A stretch of 64,000 nucleotides of DNA, from contig NW_026867444.1 in NCBI RefSeq assembly GCF_020745735.1, forward strand, positions 248,001 to 312,000, read 5' to 3'. The stretch's first letter is position 1. Each line of letters starts with the position of its first letter. The stretch comes from Hemiscyllium ocellatum (lineage: Eukaryota). Under the pieces are notes generated by a model. That model searched no databases, was not told the origin of the DNA, and worked only from the letters and a program-made list of their open reading frames with translations. A program made the position numbers and the translations under genes. This document shows positions 1-11,605 of this stretch, one piece after another.

Positions 1-325
1 GTCTCACTGAGTTCTGATCCCTGTCACTGAAATGCTTCCCCATTGATAGCCCTTCCAGCTGCCCACATTCATTCTCTAAGCAATGGTCCAAAACTGTCCC
101 TTTTCTTTCACCATCACCTTCTCAGGGGCAATTAGGGATGGGTAATAAATGCTGGCCGTGCCAGTGACACATCCCAAGAAGCAATTTTTAAAAATCCCTG
201 TCCTTTTATGGGGTTTGTTAGGTATTGGATACAAGTGTTCAAACGGATTGTTTTACCAGTGAATGTTCAGAGAGTTGAAATCAGTTTGAATGGCAGGGAT
301 TAAAATTGTTTCTCTTGCCTTTCAG

Positions 326-654
326 GCCGTGAGAACTCTCAGCCCAAGCTGACCCTGCTGCCCCCCTCCCCGGAGCAGGTCAATGCCAAGGGCACTGCCA
401 CCCTGGTGTGCCTTGCCAATCACTTCTATCCTGATGAGCTGGAGGTGCAGTGGAAGAAGGACGGTGCAGTCATTTCGGACGGGGTTCAGACCAGCAACTA
501 CCTGCGAGCTTCGGACAGCACCTACAGTGTCAGCAGCCTGCTGACCCTCTCTGGGTCTGGTTGGGAGTCCGACGCTCACTTCTCTTGTGCCCTCACCCAT
601 GTGACCCTCCCCTCTTCCCTCAGCAAGAGCATCAGGAGATCAGAATGTGTATAG
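326..654 (+). CDS. Ig light chain constant-region exon, cluster A (type I / sigma-cart-like), intact
   Basis: Acceptor tttctcttgcctttcag ends at 325. Phase-1 exon reads (S)RENSQPKLTLLPPSPEQVNAKGTATLVCLANHFYPDELEVQWKKDG...STYSVSSLLTL...FSCALTH...RSECV*. Both C1-set cysteines, the Trp and the penultimate inter-chain Cys are present. Confidence 0.97.
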
Positions 655-1166
655 AATGTTCAAGACAGTCCACAGAGGAGACACAACTTTCAATAGAACT
701 GGACTGAGCTGGTAGGTCAAAGGTCATTGTCAGCACTGAATTTCAATTCTCTTCCTTCTCAGGACTGGCTCAGAGACACTTCTGAGGTTCAAGGGTTAAG
801 GCAGGTCATTGCGATCATCAAAAAGAAGCTTTACTCTGTATCAAACCCCATGCTATCCCTGTTTTGGGAGTGTTTGACTGGGGCAGTGATGTCCTGTGAT
901 GCCAACTCAAACCTCTCGAAAATGCTGAAGACTGTCAGCTGTACAAAACAATGTGAACCTCAGAAGTCTCTGCTTCAGTAAACCAGATCTCCTTCCTGCT
1001 CAGCTGCCAGTTCCAATTTCAGGTTTTGTCACTGTTTAAAGGGACAGGATTCTCATGTTATTGAGAAAATCTCCACAAGTGTTTTCCTCAAGCTCCATTG
1101 TGGCTGTGAATTTGTGCAGCTTCCTCTGTCTGGGCTGCTTTCCGTCAATGTCAATCTAGAAAAGGG

Positions 1167-1172
1167 AATAAA
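1167..1172 (+). terminator. Polyadenylation signal of cluster A C exon
   Basis: AATAAA ~510 nt after the stop, followed by a GT-rich tract (tctctgtctcgtgtgtgctttg). The same signal is kept in the paralogous cluster B position (18681-18686). Confidence 0.7.
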
Positions 1173-1250
1173 GATGAAGAAGATTCCGTCTCTGTCTCGT
1201 GTGTGCTTTGGGAATGGCCCGAGCTGAAGCCTACGGGAAAGGGTGTGTGA

Positions 1251-1460
1251 AGCGTTAACCTCCACCCTCAAGGCCTGGAGAAAGAGGGGGAGAATCGTGG
1301 GGGCAATGGGGTCCCCGGAGCAGGTGGGCAATGCTACCATTGTGTCCAGAAGGGGCACTTACAGCAGGAATGCGGGGTATCAAGGAAATCTTTCCCAATA
1401 GATGGGGAAAAGAAGGAAGGCAGGAGGGGACACGGGGAACACAATAATCTGATAGAAATT
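1251..1460 (+). mobile_element. Retroelement gag fragment with CCHC zinc knuckle
   Basis: The frame through 1332-1373 reads CYHCVQKGHLQQEC (exact C-x2-C-x4-H-x4-C) in a Gly/basic context. No pol is recognisable nearby. Confidence 0.55.
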
Positions 1461-2666
1461 CCCCATCAACCCTCACCCATCCCTTAGGCACAGCAAGATC
1501 ACAAGCCAAGAAATTCAAATCAACTGTTTAGGAGCCAGAGCCACTGGGAACCCTGTATTGATGAATATGACCGGCAGGATTTTGTTACTCAGAATCACAA
1601 TTCCACAGGGTTTGGGAAATAAATATTCTATAAATTAAACCTGGGTTTTCTTTCCTCCTCCAATGAGATGGAATTGCGCCGTGTCCCTGGAGTCACAATG
1701 AGAATGTTCAGTCCGGGAGAGTCTGGGAATCACGGCTGGGGAGGGAAGTCAATGATAAACTGGTTCCACTTTTTGCTGTCATATTCTGTAGCTCCTGGAC
1801 CATCTCAGTGAGGATCATCCAGGGCTCAGGGTGGATTCCAGAGCAGCTCATTGTCCTGACTGTTGTGTTCCTCAGTCCACATGTGGCTCCAGCAATCTCA
1901 CTCCATGGGTCTAGTATCAATGGGAACCCATGGGGCTGAAATCTTATCCAAACAGACCCTCACACAGTGGGGAGGCTACTCAGAAACCCCTTGGATTCAG
2001 TCCCAGATTCCACGGTGGCTCTTTCATTCAAACACAGCATTAGAGGGCAATCCTGAGATGGGGCAAGTTTGGTTCTTGATTCCAATGTGAGGAAATGGGG
2101 GCTGGGTGTGAACTGTCCTACCTCAAACTGTAGCTGGGGGGAGGGGGGGGATACTTTATAATGAAGAATAGTCACTGATGTCAGAATAAAGTCAGGTTTT
2201 GATGGGAGTGAGGAATATCTCAGTGATCTGTCTCCAGAATCCACAGACTACACACATACTTCTGTCAGTCACTGAAGTCTGAGAGAGCAGCTCAACGACA
2301 TCCAATAATTCTCCACCTTTCCCAGAAAAGATGAAATATTCTCTGTCTGAGTGATTCCCCGGGCAGGGCATTTTAAAAAGGGCTGTGGGAAGGGAACTGT
2401 TGCCTCTCAATGACAAAGCCAATGGAAGGATGTGGAGCTGGCACTGTGAACATTAGGGCGCAGAGGATGACACCAGAAGCAATTCAATGTTGTCACTCTC
2501 TCCTTTCCAATTGCTGAACTGGAAATAATTACTTTTTGCTCACAATTTGCACACTCGAGTTTGATCCACTTGCTTTTCTTGCTTTGCTTCTTTTGACTTC
2601 ATTCTGTGGGTAAGTTCCATCAAAACCCAACCTCCTCACACTCATCCTGGCGCCTGAAAAGATTAG

Positions 2667-3007
2667 AGACAAAAAACCCCTGCAAACTCTGGAATTCAAG
2701 GGTGACAAGCAGGAGGCTGGGAGAACACAGCAAGCCAGGCAGCATCAGGAGGTGGAGAGGTCAATGTTTTGGCTGTAACCCTTCTTCAGGACTGGGGAGG
2801 GGTGTTGGGGGAGCTGCAGATAAAGGGGGTGGGAGGGATGAATCCTGATGCATCTCTCCCATCGACCAATCAGGTCACACTCTCTACCTTTCTCAACCTA
2901 TCCCTACTTCACCACCCTGCTCCGCCCCCCCCCACAAACCCATTTATCTGCAGCTCCCCCAACACCCACTCCCAGTCCTGAAGAAGTGTAACACCCGAAA
3001 CGTCGAC
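2667..3007. mobile_element. Inverted pair of Penelope-like terminal fragments with two hammerhead motifs
   Basis: 2667-2838 is a reverse-oriented PLE 3' end. Arms ~2790-2835 and ~2930-2977 are inverted repeats. Hammerhead-like cores lie at 2762-2792 (-) and 2975-3007 (+). Confidence 0.7.
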
Positions 3008-4136
3008 CCGTGAAGAGATTAGACAGAGAAGGTTGGATTGCAACAAGAGTCGCAGGTATTTCATACCTCGTTTCATTGAATCAAACCATCGAGCCCATCA
3101 ATCCTGAAAACAGATTCCAACATTGAAGTCACATTTGCTGGTTGTAAATATAAATCTCTCTCAGTCTGAAAGAAGAAAGCTTTCAACTGAGAAATGAGTG
3201 ATCTTAACCCAGATCCTGAACAATAGCACAACAGAATGGAGTGATATAAATCAGAAACAGTATAAATTTAGGGCGGCCTACATGCTGCAGCTCACACTAA
3301 GTGCAGCCAGCACAGAGGGGAATGCTGGGACGTTTGGTCAGTGTGGTAGTTTGGTGAATTCAGAGAAGGAGTCTACCTTTGCTTTTCCAAACTGATTTGG
3401 AACTGTCACTTCAGCTGCTGGGAGCCTGCACATGCACTTGGTTTGAATGAGACAAAGTGATAAACAAGAGAATAGGAGTCTGGTAAGCAGATCAGCTGGG
3501 AATTGTTCAGTATGAGGGACTGTCTAAGTAGACTGTCTCAGGACATGTCCATTAGGGAAGGTTAACAAAATGGAAAGTACTGAAACTTCAAAACAGACTG
3601 AAGACAATGACTGGTTTAATGAAGGAATGGATATTTTTCATTTGTCAGTGAGAATTGAAATGATTCAGGGTAAAGACATATGAAGTGAATGTACAAAACT
3701 ACGGGAACTCTCACACACAGTGGGTTTGGATTGGAGGCTGAGTTGAAATAAAAAGGAGGACCAGAGATACCTGGAGACTTTGTTCCAGCAGGAAGTTCTA
3801 GGCCTCAGGACCGCACAGTTCAATTCCACGTGTAGTAAGGGGCAGGAGGGTATGACACACGAGGGAAGCAGATAGGGGTTGGAGAATACAGTGGGACAGG
3901 AAAACCCCTCACTCTTCTAAACCCCACTGAGAACAAGGCCAGCCTTTCCGATCTTTCCTCATCACACAGCCCACTCATTCCAGGGATCAATCAGGTAAAA
4001 CTCCTCTGAACCACCTCCAATGCATTCATGTTCTTCCTTCAGTCAGGAGATTAAAACTATACACAATTATTGAGATGTCGTCACACCAACGTCCAGGAAT
4101 AACTGAAAGATCACAGTCTCACTTTCTGGTCCTTAA

Positions 4137-7100
4137 GCAGTTGCTTGCTCCTCCTGCAGAATGTGGCAGGTGAGAGAAATGACACACGTCGCCGCTGGCT
4201 ACATCTGCGGGAAGTGCACCCAACTCCGGCTCCTTGAAAACCGTGTTAGGGAATTGGAGCTGGAGCTGGACGAACTATGGATCATTCAGGAGGCTGAGGT
4301 GGTAATTGAGAGGAGTTACCAGCAGTTGGTCACTCCTGAGTCTCAGGATAAAGATAGATGGGTTACAGTCCAGGGGAGGAAAGGGGACAGACAGACAGTG
4401 CAGAGATCCCCTGTGGACATTGCCCTCAGCAATAAGTATATCGTTTTGGATACTGCTGGGGGGGAATGACCTACTAGAGGAAAGCCATAGCAGTCAGTTC
4501 CCTGGCACTGAGCCTGACACTGTCGCCCAGAAGGGAAGGGGGCAGAATAGAAAACGCTAATGGGAGGAGACTCAATTGTTAGGAGAATTGACAGGAGATT
4601 TTGTTGTCAGGATCGGGATTCCCGGAAGGTATGTTGCCTCCCTGGTGCCAGGGTCTGGGACGTCTCTGATCGGGTATATAAGATTCTGAAAGGAGAGGGC
4701 GAACAGCCAGAAATTGTGTTACATATTGGCACCAATGATATAGCCAGGACAAGGATCGAAGGTATAAAAAATGATTTCAGGGAGTTAGGGTGGAAGCTGC
4801 AGAGCAGGACGAACAGAGTAGTGTTCTCGGGTTTACTACCGGTGACACGAGATAGTGAGGCGAGGAACAGGGAGTGGGCACAGCTTAACATGTGGTTGTG
4901 CAGCTGGTGTAGGAGGGAGGGCTTCAGATATGTAGATAAGTGGGATGCGTTCTGGGGAAGGTGGGACCTGTACAAGAACGATGGGTTGCATCCGAACTAG
5001 AAGGGGAGGAATGTCCTGGGTGGAAGCCTTGCTCAAGTAGTTCAGGAGGGTTTAAACTAGTACGGCAGGGAGGGTGGGAACCTGAGCTGTATACCGGTGG
5101 TGAGAGTTGATGGAGATGAGGCAATAGCAAGAGGTAGCGCAGCCTGTAGGAAAGAACCAAGTGTGTTTGCTTTAATGCAAGGTGTATCAGGAATAAAAGT
5201 GATGAGCTTAAAGCATGGATCAGTACCTGCTGCTATGATGTTGTGGCCATAACAGAGACGTGGGTTTCTCAGGGGCAGGAATGGTTGCTGAATGTTCCAG
5301 GGTTTAGAACAGTTAAAAAGAATAGGAGTGGGGGGGAAGAGGAGGGGATGTAACTCTGCTAATCAGAGAGGCTATCACAGCTACAGAAGCTTCCATTGTC
5401 GAGGATGGTCTGCCTACTGAGTCAGTATGGGTGGAAATTAGGAACAGTTAGGGAGCAGTCACCTCATTAGGGGTTTACTACAGGCCCCACAATAGCAGCA
5501 GGGAGATTGAAGAAAACATAGGTCGGCAGATTTTGGAAAAGTGTGAATGTAGTCGGGTTGTTGTAATGGGTGACTTTAACTTTCCCAATGTTGATTAGAT
5601 TACATTACAGTGTGGAAACAGGCCCTTCGGCCCAACAAGTCCACACCGACCCACCGAAGCGCAACCCACCCATACATTTACCCCTTACCTAACACTACGG
5701 GCAATTTAACATGGCCAATTCACCTGGCCTGCACATCTTTGGACTGTGGGAGGAAACCGGAGCACCCGGAGGAAACCCACGCAGACACAGGGAGAACGTG
5801 CAAACTCCACACAGTCAGCCGACTGAGGCGGGAAATGAACCCGGGTCTCAGGTGTGTGAGGTAGCAGTGCTAACCACTGTGCCACCGTGCTGCCTATTGA
5901 TTGGAACCTCCTTCGAGCAGATGGTTTGGAAGGAGCTGTTTTAGTAAGGTGTGTTCAGGAGAGTTTCCTAACTCAGAACATTGACAGGCCGACGAGGAGA
6001 GAGGCTATTTTGGATTTGGTGCTTGGCAATGAGCCAGGGCAGGTGTCAGATCTTGCGGTGGGAGAGCATTTTGGTAATAGTGACCACAACCGCCTCGCAT
6101 TCTACCTAGCTATGGAGAAGGAGAGAAGCAGGTACAATGGGAGGATACTTAATTGAGGAAAAGGAAACTATGATGCTATGAGACTTGAGTTGGGAAGCAT
6201 GGACTGGGAGCAATTGTTGCATGGAAAGGGCATTATAGACATGTGGAGACGGTTTAAGGAACAGTTGTTGCGAGTGATGCATAAATGTGTTCCTCTGAGA
6301 GAGGCAAAAAGGGTTAAGATAAAGGATACTTGAATGACGAGAGCGGAGCAGCTTCTTGTCAAAAGAAAGAAGGCAGCTTACGTAAGGTAGAGGAAGCTAG
6401 GGTCTCGCTCAGCTCTAGAGGATTACAGGCAGGCGAGGAAGGAGTTCAACAATGGTCTGAGGAGAGCCAGGAGGGGGCACAACAAAGGCTTGGCAGCAAA
6501 TATTAGGGAGAATCCAAAGGTATTTTACACATATGTGAGGAATAAGAGAATGATCAAAGAAAGAATAGGGCCGATCAGGGATTGCATAGGGAACTTGTGT
6601 ATAGAGTCTGAGGCGGTAGGGAAAGCCCTAAATGAGTTTTTTGCTTCTGTCTTTACTGAAGAAAAGGACCTTGTAGTGAATGAACCCATTGAGGAGCAGG
6701 TAAGCATGCTGGAACGGATAGAGATTGAGGAAGCTGATGTGCTGAAAATTTTGGCAAGCATTAAGATTGACAAGTCGCCAAGGCCAGACCAGACTTTGTC
6801 CTCGGCTGCTTTGGAAGCAAGAAATGTGATTGCTTCGCCGATTGCGAAGATCTTTGCATCCTCGCTCTCCACCGGAGTCATACCTGGAACTGGAGGGATG
6901 CAAATGTTATTCCTCTCTTCAAGAAAGGAAATAGGGAAATCCTCAGCAATTATAGAACAATCAGTCTCACGTTCTGTTGTCTGCAAGGTGTTAGAAAGGA
7001 TTCTGAGGGATAGGATTTATGACCATCTGGAAGAGCATGGCTTGATTAAATGCAGTCAGTACGGCTTTGTGAGGGGCTGGTCATACCTCACGAATCTTAT

Positions 7101-8318
7101 TGAATTCTTTGAGGATGTTCCTGGACAAGTTGATGAGGGTCGAGCGGTAGATGTGGTGTATATGGACTTCAGCAAGGCATTTGATAAGATTCCCCATGGT
7201 AGGCTCGTTCATCAGGTCATACAGGGACGTTTAACTGTCTGGATACAGAATTGGCTGGTCGACAGAAGGCAGCGAGTGTGTCGTGGAAGGATAGTATTCT
7301 GCATGGAAGTCAGTGGTGAGTGGTGTTCCACGGGGCTCTGTTCTTGGGCCTCTACTCTTTGTAATTTTTATTAATGACTTGGATGAGGAGATTGAAGGAT
7401 GGGTTAGCAAGTTTGCAGATGACACAAAGGTTGGAGTTGTCGTTGACAGTATAGAGGACAGTTGTAGGCTGCAGCGTGACATTGAAAGGATGCAGAGATG
7501 GGCTGAGAGGTGGCAGATGGAGTTCAACCTGGATAAATGTGAATTGATGCATTTTGGAAGGTCGAACTTGAAAGTTGAGTACAGGATTAAAGAAAAGATT
7601 CTTGGCAGTGTGGAGGAACAGCGGGATCTTGGTGTGCAGGTACATAGATCCCTTAAAATTGTCACCCAAGTGGACAGGTTGTTAAGAAAGCATATGGTGT
7701 TTTGGCTTTCATTAACAGGGGGATTGAGTTTAAGAGCCATGAGATCTTGTTGCAGCTCTATAAAACTTTGGTTAGACCGCACTTGGAATATTGTGTCCAG
7801 TTCTGGTCGCCCTATTATCGGAAAGATGTGGATGCTTTGGAGAGGGTTCAGAGGAGGTTTACCAGGATGCTGCCTGGAATGGAGGGCTTATCTTATGAAG
7901 AGAGGTTCACTGAGTTCGGACTTTTATCATTGGAAAAAAGAAGGAAGAGAGGGGACCTAACTGAGATGTACAAGATAATGAGAGGCATTGACAGAGTTGA
8001 TAGCCAGAGACTTTTTCCCAGGGCAGAAACTGTTAACACGGGGAGTCATAGTTTTAAGCTGTTTGGCGGAAAGTATATAGAGGGGATGTCAGAGGCGGGT
8101 TCTTTACGCAGAGAGTTGTGAGAGCATGGAATGAGTAGCCAGCAGCAGTTGTGGAAGTGAGGTCATTGGGGATATTTAAGAGACTGCTGGACATGCATAT
8201 GGTTACAGAAATTTGAGAGTTCGTACATTAGGTTCAGCTCACATGACGATCAATGGTCGGCACAACATTGTGGGCTGAAGGGCCTGTTCTGTGCTGTACT
8301 GTTCTATGTTCTATGTTC
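4137..8318 (+). mobile_element. Near full-length CR1-clade LINE (HER1-like), decayed
   Basis: ORF1 zinc finger/leucine zipper (CGKC...RVRELELEL) and SGNH esterase (GDSIVR, CLPGARV, HIGTND). ORF2 APE endonuclease (LDLVL, SDHN) and RT (VVYMDFSKAFDK, PRGSVLGP, FADD). Tail ttctatgttctatgttc. Multiple frameshifts. Confidence 0.93.
5597..5894 (-). mobile_element. HE1-type V-SINE inserted in the CR1 endonuclease region
   Basis: tRNA-like head ggcagcacggtggcacagtggttagc, V-domain core (gtgtggagtttgcac...ggtttcctccgggtgctccgg), CR1-like tail with gtaatctaatc. Imperfect TSD tgttgatt/tattgatt. Confidence 0.88.
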
Positions 8319-8324
8319 AAAGCA

Positions 8325-8725
8325 TGCCAACTCATACTTTTACCAGCCGTTTTACTGTCCATCTTTAATTGTCACGGACAAGGTGCTGCTAAGCTGAGTT
8401 CTTGAACCCCTACAGTCTGTGTGCTGGAAGTAGACCCAAAATGCCTTTAGGAAGAGAATTCCAGGATTCTGACCCAGTGATGATGTAGAAACAGTGTTAT
8501 ATTTCCAAATCAAACTGGTGAATGTCTTGGAGGGGATCTTGCTGCAGTGAAGTTCCCATGTATCTGCTGCCCTTGTCCTTGATTTAAATGTCATGGGTTT
8601 GGAAGCTGTTGTCTCAGGATCTTTGGTGAATCTCTGCAGTGCATCTTGTAAATCGAACACACAGCTGTTACTGAGCGTCGGTGTGGAGGGACTGGATGTT
8701 TGTGGATGTGGTGCCAATCAAGCAG
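8325..8725. mobile_element. Fragment of a LINE-derived repeat also present at ~57830-58450
   Basis: Shares long similar runs (ttcccatgtatctgctgc, tgcagtgcatcttgt, ccaatcaag) with 57950-58450. Confidence 0.55.
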
Positions 8726-8944
8726 GCTAAACTTTTTTTCAGCAAAATTTAAATAAAATAATATAAAACAAATAAAATTAAATAAAATATAATTTTGCTG
8801 CCTTTTTGATAAAACATCACTGCACCCAAAAAGCTAACTCCTCCTCTCCCCACCGAGGCTGCACCTGTTCCCTTACTCCAGCATTGTGCTTCTATTTGAG
8901 ATTTGCAGTATTTTTTTGGTTTTGTATCTGTTTTAATGCCATTG

Positions 8945-9155
8945 GTTATAAGAGAAGCATTGGCCAGCACACTGGGAAGAGTTTCCCTGAGACGGTCACA
9001 ACGCCCTTATATTCACATCGACCTGAGAGGGCAGTGGTTTAACCGATCATCCAGCAGATGGCATCTTTGTCTTTGCCAGCCTCAGGATATTGCTCCAGTG
9101 TCTGGAGTGGGGCTTGAAACCTGCAGGTTCAGGTGACGGTGTTACCACTGAGGCC
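8945..9155 (-). mobile_element. Degenerate Deu-domain SINE (SacSINE1-like)
   Basis: The minus strand has a tRNA-like head (ggcctcagtggtaacacc...ggtttcaagcccc), then gatgccatct..ggatga..gttaaacc..tgccctctcaggt and ctggccaat, resembling the Deu domain as I recall it. Confidence 0.5.
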
Positions 9156-11605
9156 GTCTATTCTTTCCTGGGATGTGGGGGTCACTGGCAAAACTAGCAT
9201 TTGTTCTCCATCTCTAACTGCCCTGAAACTGAGTGGCTTGTTCGGCCTTTCAAATGGCAGGTAAGGGTCAGCCACATTGCTGGAGTCCTGGGAGAGTCAG
9301 ACTTCTACAACTGGTCGACAAGAACAAGGCCCTTTGGCCCAATGAGCCAAAGCCAGTCAAACATCCACCTCACCATTCTAATTCCATGTTCCAGCACTTG
9401 GCCTGTAGCCCTGTATGCCTTGGCATCACAGCTGCACATTGAAACATTTCAATGTTATGGGAGGGTTTCTGCCTCAACTACCCTTACAGGCAGTGAGTCC
9501 CCAGACTGCCACCACCCTCTGGGTGAAAATGTGTTTCCTTATGCTCCCTCTGAAACTTCGGCCATTTATCTTTAATCTGTACCTCTCCGATCATTGATTA
9601 TAATATAACCCCATGTCACCAAGTCTCCCTTCATTGACACATGAACAGTCCTTGACTGTAATGCCTCAGAGAGAGTCAGGCACTGGAGGCTCGGGGTCTC
9701 TGACACTCAGCCTGTTTATATCAGTGAGGATTCTCCCTGTTATATCCTCATAACGATTTGAGTTTTCCTTGTGATACCCAGTTGGGAATTTTAATGGCAC
9801 CGAATCTTCCACACACGCCCACCTATCTTGATGCTCACCCTTCTTCCCATTTTCTTCTCCCCTCTGAGTTGATTCCATTTCAGTAGAGTCTGTGATAATT
9901 CCACAGAGGATGTGTTTGAGAAACTGCCATAGGGAAGCTCCCAGCCCTTCAACAGAAGGAAGGCCAATGTTTACAGCAAGCCTGGACTGTGCCCTTGTGT
10001 ACCTTGTCTGAAGGATTCCGTCTGATCTGTCAGCCTCCCTCACAGTCTGCTAACCATCTCGGACATTGGAAGGAAATGCCCAGGATGCAGGATAACATGG
10101 CGCAAAAAAAACCTTTGGCTGAAGCTTCAGTGTTTGCCTTCGGTGTGCATTTTCACTTGCTCACTGCTCCCCTTTTACATAAAAATGTGGAAAGAACTCT
10201 TGTTGATGCAGTTTTTAAAATCATCGCAGAATAGTCAAAGCTGTGAGCATAGAGCAGTCACATTCATAGACAAGATGGTAAGGCCCCACAGACAGTAAAT
10301 GAATAACAAAACAAATGTGTGTTGGTGGCACGAGTTGAATTTTGAGCAGGGCCCCCGAGGGAATCTCCTCAGAATGGGATCTTGTCGAGCCCCCTGAGGT
10401 GGGGTTGGGGATGGTCGGGGTGTGGTGGTGATGGAGTCTCAAATGATGGTGCCAGAGACTGTGCAACTTGTAGCAGTGCACCACAGTCTCAGCCTGGAAT
10501 CTGTTCTCTCATTTCTGAGGTGGCTTTCAATCCGATGACCATTTTGACTATGGGCCAGGAGCATTGTCCATGGAGCCACGGTCAATAACAATGTAAACTG
10601 TGTAGCTCTGAAAGCCTGAGTCTGCATCTCAGCTCGGGATCATATCAGCTCATTCATCAAATCTGTTTCTGCCCCTCTGCAGGCTGACCAGGCTGCCGGT
10701 GCCTTTCCAACACTCCCACGTTTCCTCTTGTGTCACAGCTCATTCTCCTGAGGGATAGTTTGCTCGGAGTCGAAAAGTGTGGTGCTGGAAAAGCACAGCA
10801 GGTCAGGCAGTTGTGCTCAGGCCGAGGACATGATCTTGTCCCTCCTTCAGATCCTCTTCGAGAAACTCATGGCTCACCACTGCCCTCTGCAGGACAGTGA
10901 GGAAGGGCAACAAGCAAGGATGGAGATGGGGACGCGAAGCCTGAAGTGCTGCTCTCTGCAGTTTGGCGGGCACGCTTTGAGAACCGTTTGTTAGATCTTT
11001 GAGTATAATTCAATTTGTTGTTGATTCCAGTGCTCATCCGAAGGACACTCGACCTTTCAATCTGACAAACCAGGTTCACCCATGTCATGGCTCAGTTTCT
11101 GGCTAAGGCTCCAGTCTTTCAAGGAGATGAATTCAAGCCTCACCAGTTTGATCATTTGAACTGTATGCCATTTATTTTGATTTCTCCAGGGATGGGGTAG
11201 ACGTTGACGTGTCGGTTATTTGTTTCCCTTCCTGAATTGTCCTGGAGAGGGCGGTATTGAACCATGTAATTTCAGGGAAGCAGCTGACAGGTCATTTCTA
11301 CTGGAATCGACTGGAATGACTGTGGGTTTACTCATGGCTAATGGAAGGAGTCGTTACCCATAATCCTCAGTGCAGTGCACGTACTCTATAGTTACCAGAA
11401 GGAGGTTGTTTCACTGTGTCCAAACAATACAAAATCAGAAGTCACACAACACCAGGTTCTAACCCAACAGGTTCATTTGCAATCACAAGTTTCCGAAGTG
11501 CTGCTCCTTCATCAGGTGTACCCCAGTCCACCATCGGCATCCCCACATTACTGAACAGTATAAATAAACTCGGGCTCATGAGGATCTTTATAGCCAACTG
11601 CCGCC

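Noticed and set aside
322-707. ORFs 322-600(-) and 450-707(+)
   Set aside because: Alternative frames overlapping the true C exon.
6899-6906. Canonical octamers ATGCAAAT/ATTTGCAT (also ~32723 and ~58934)
   Set aside because: All lie inside LINE-derived sequence and none is conserved between clusters.
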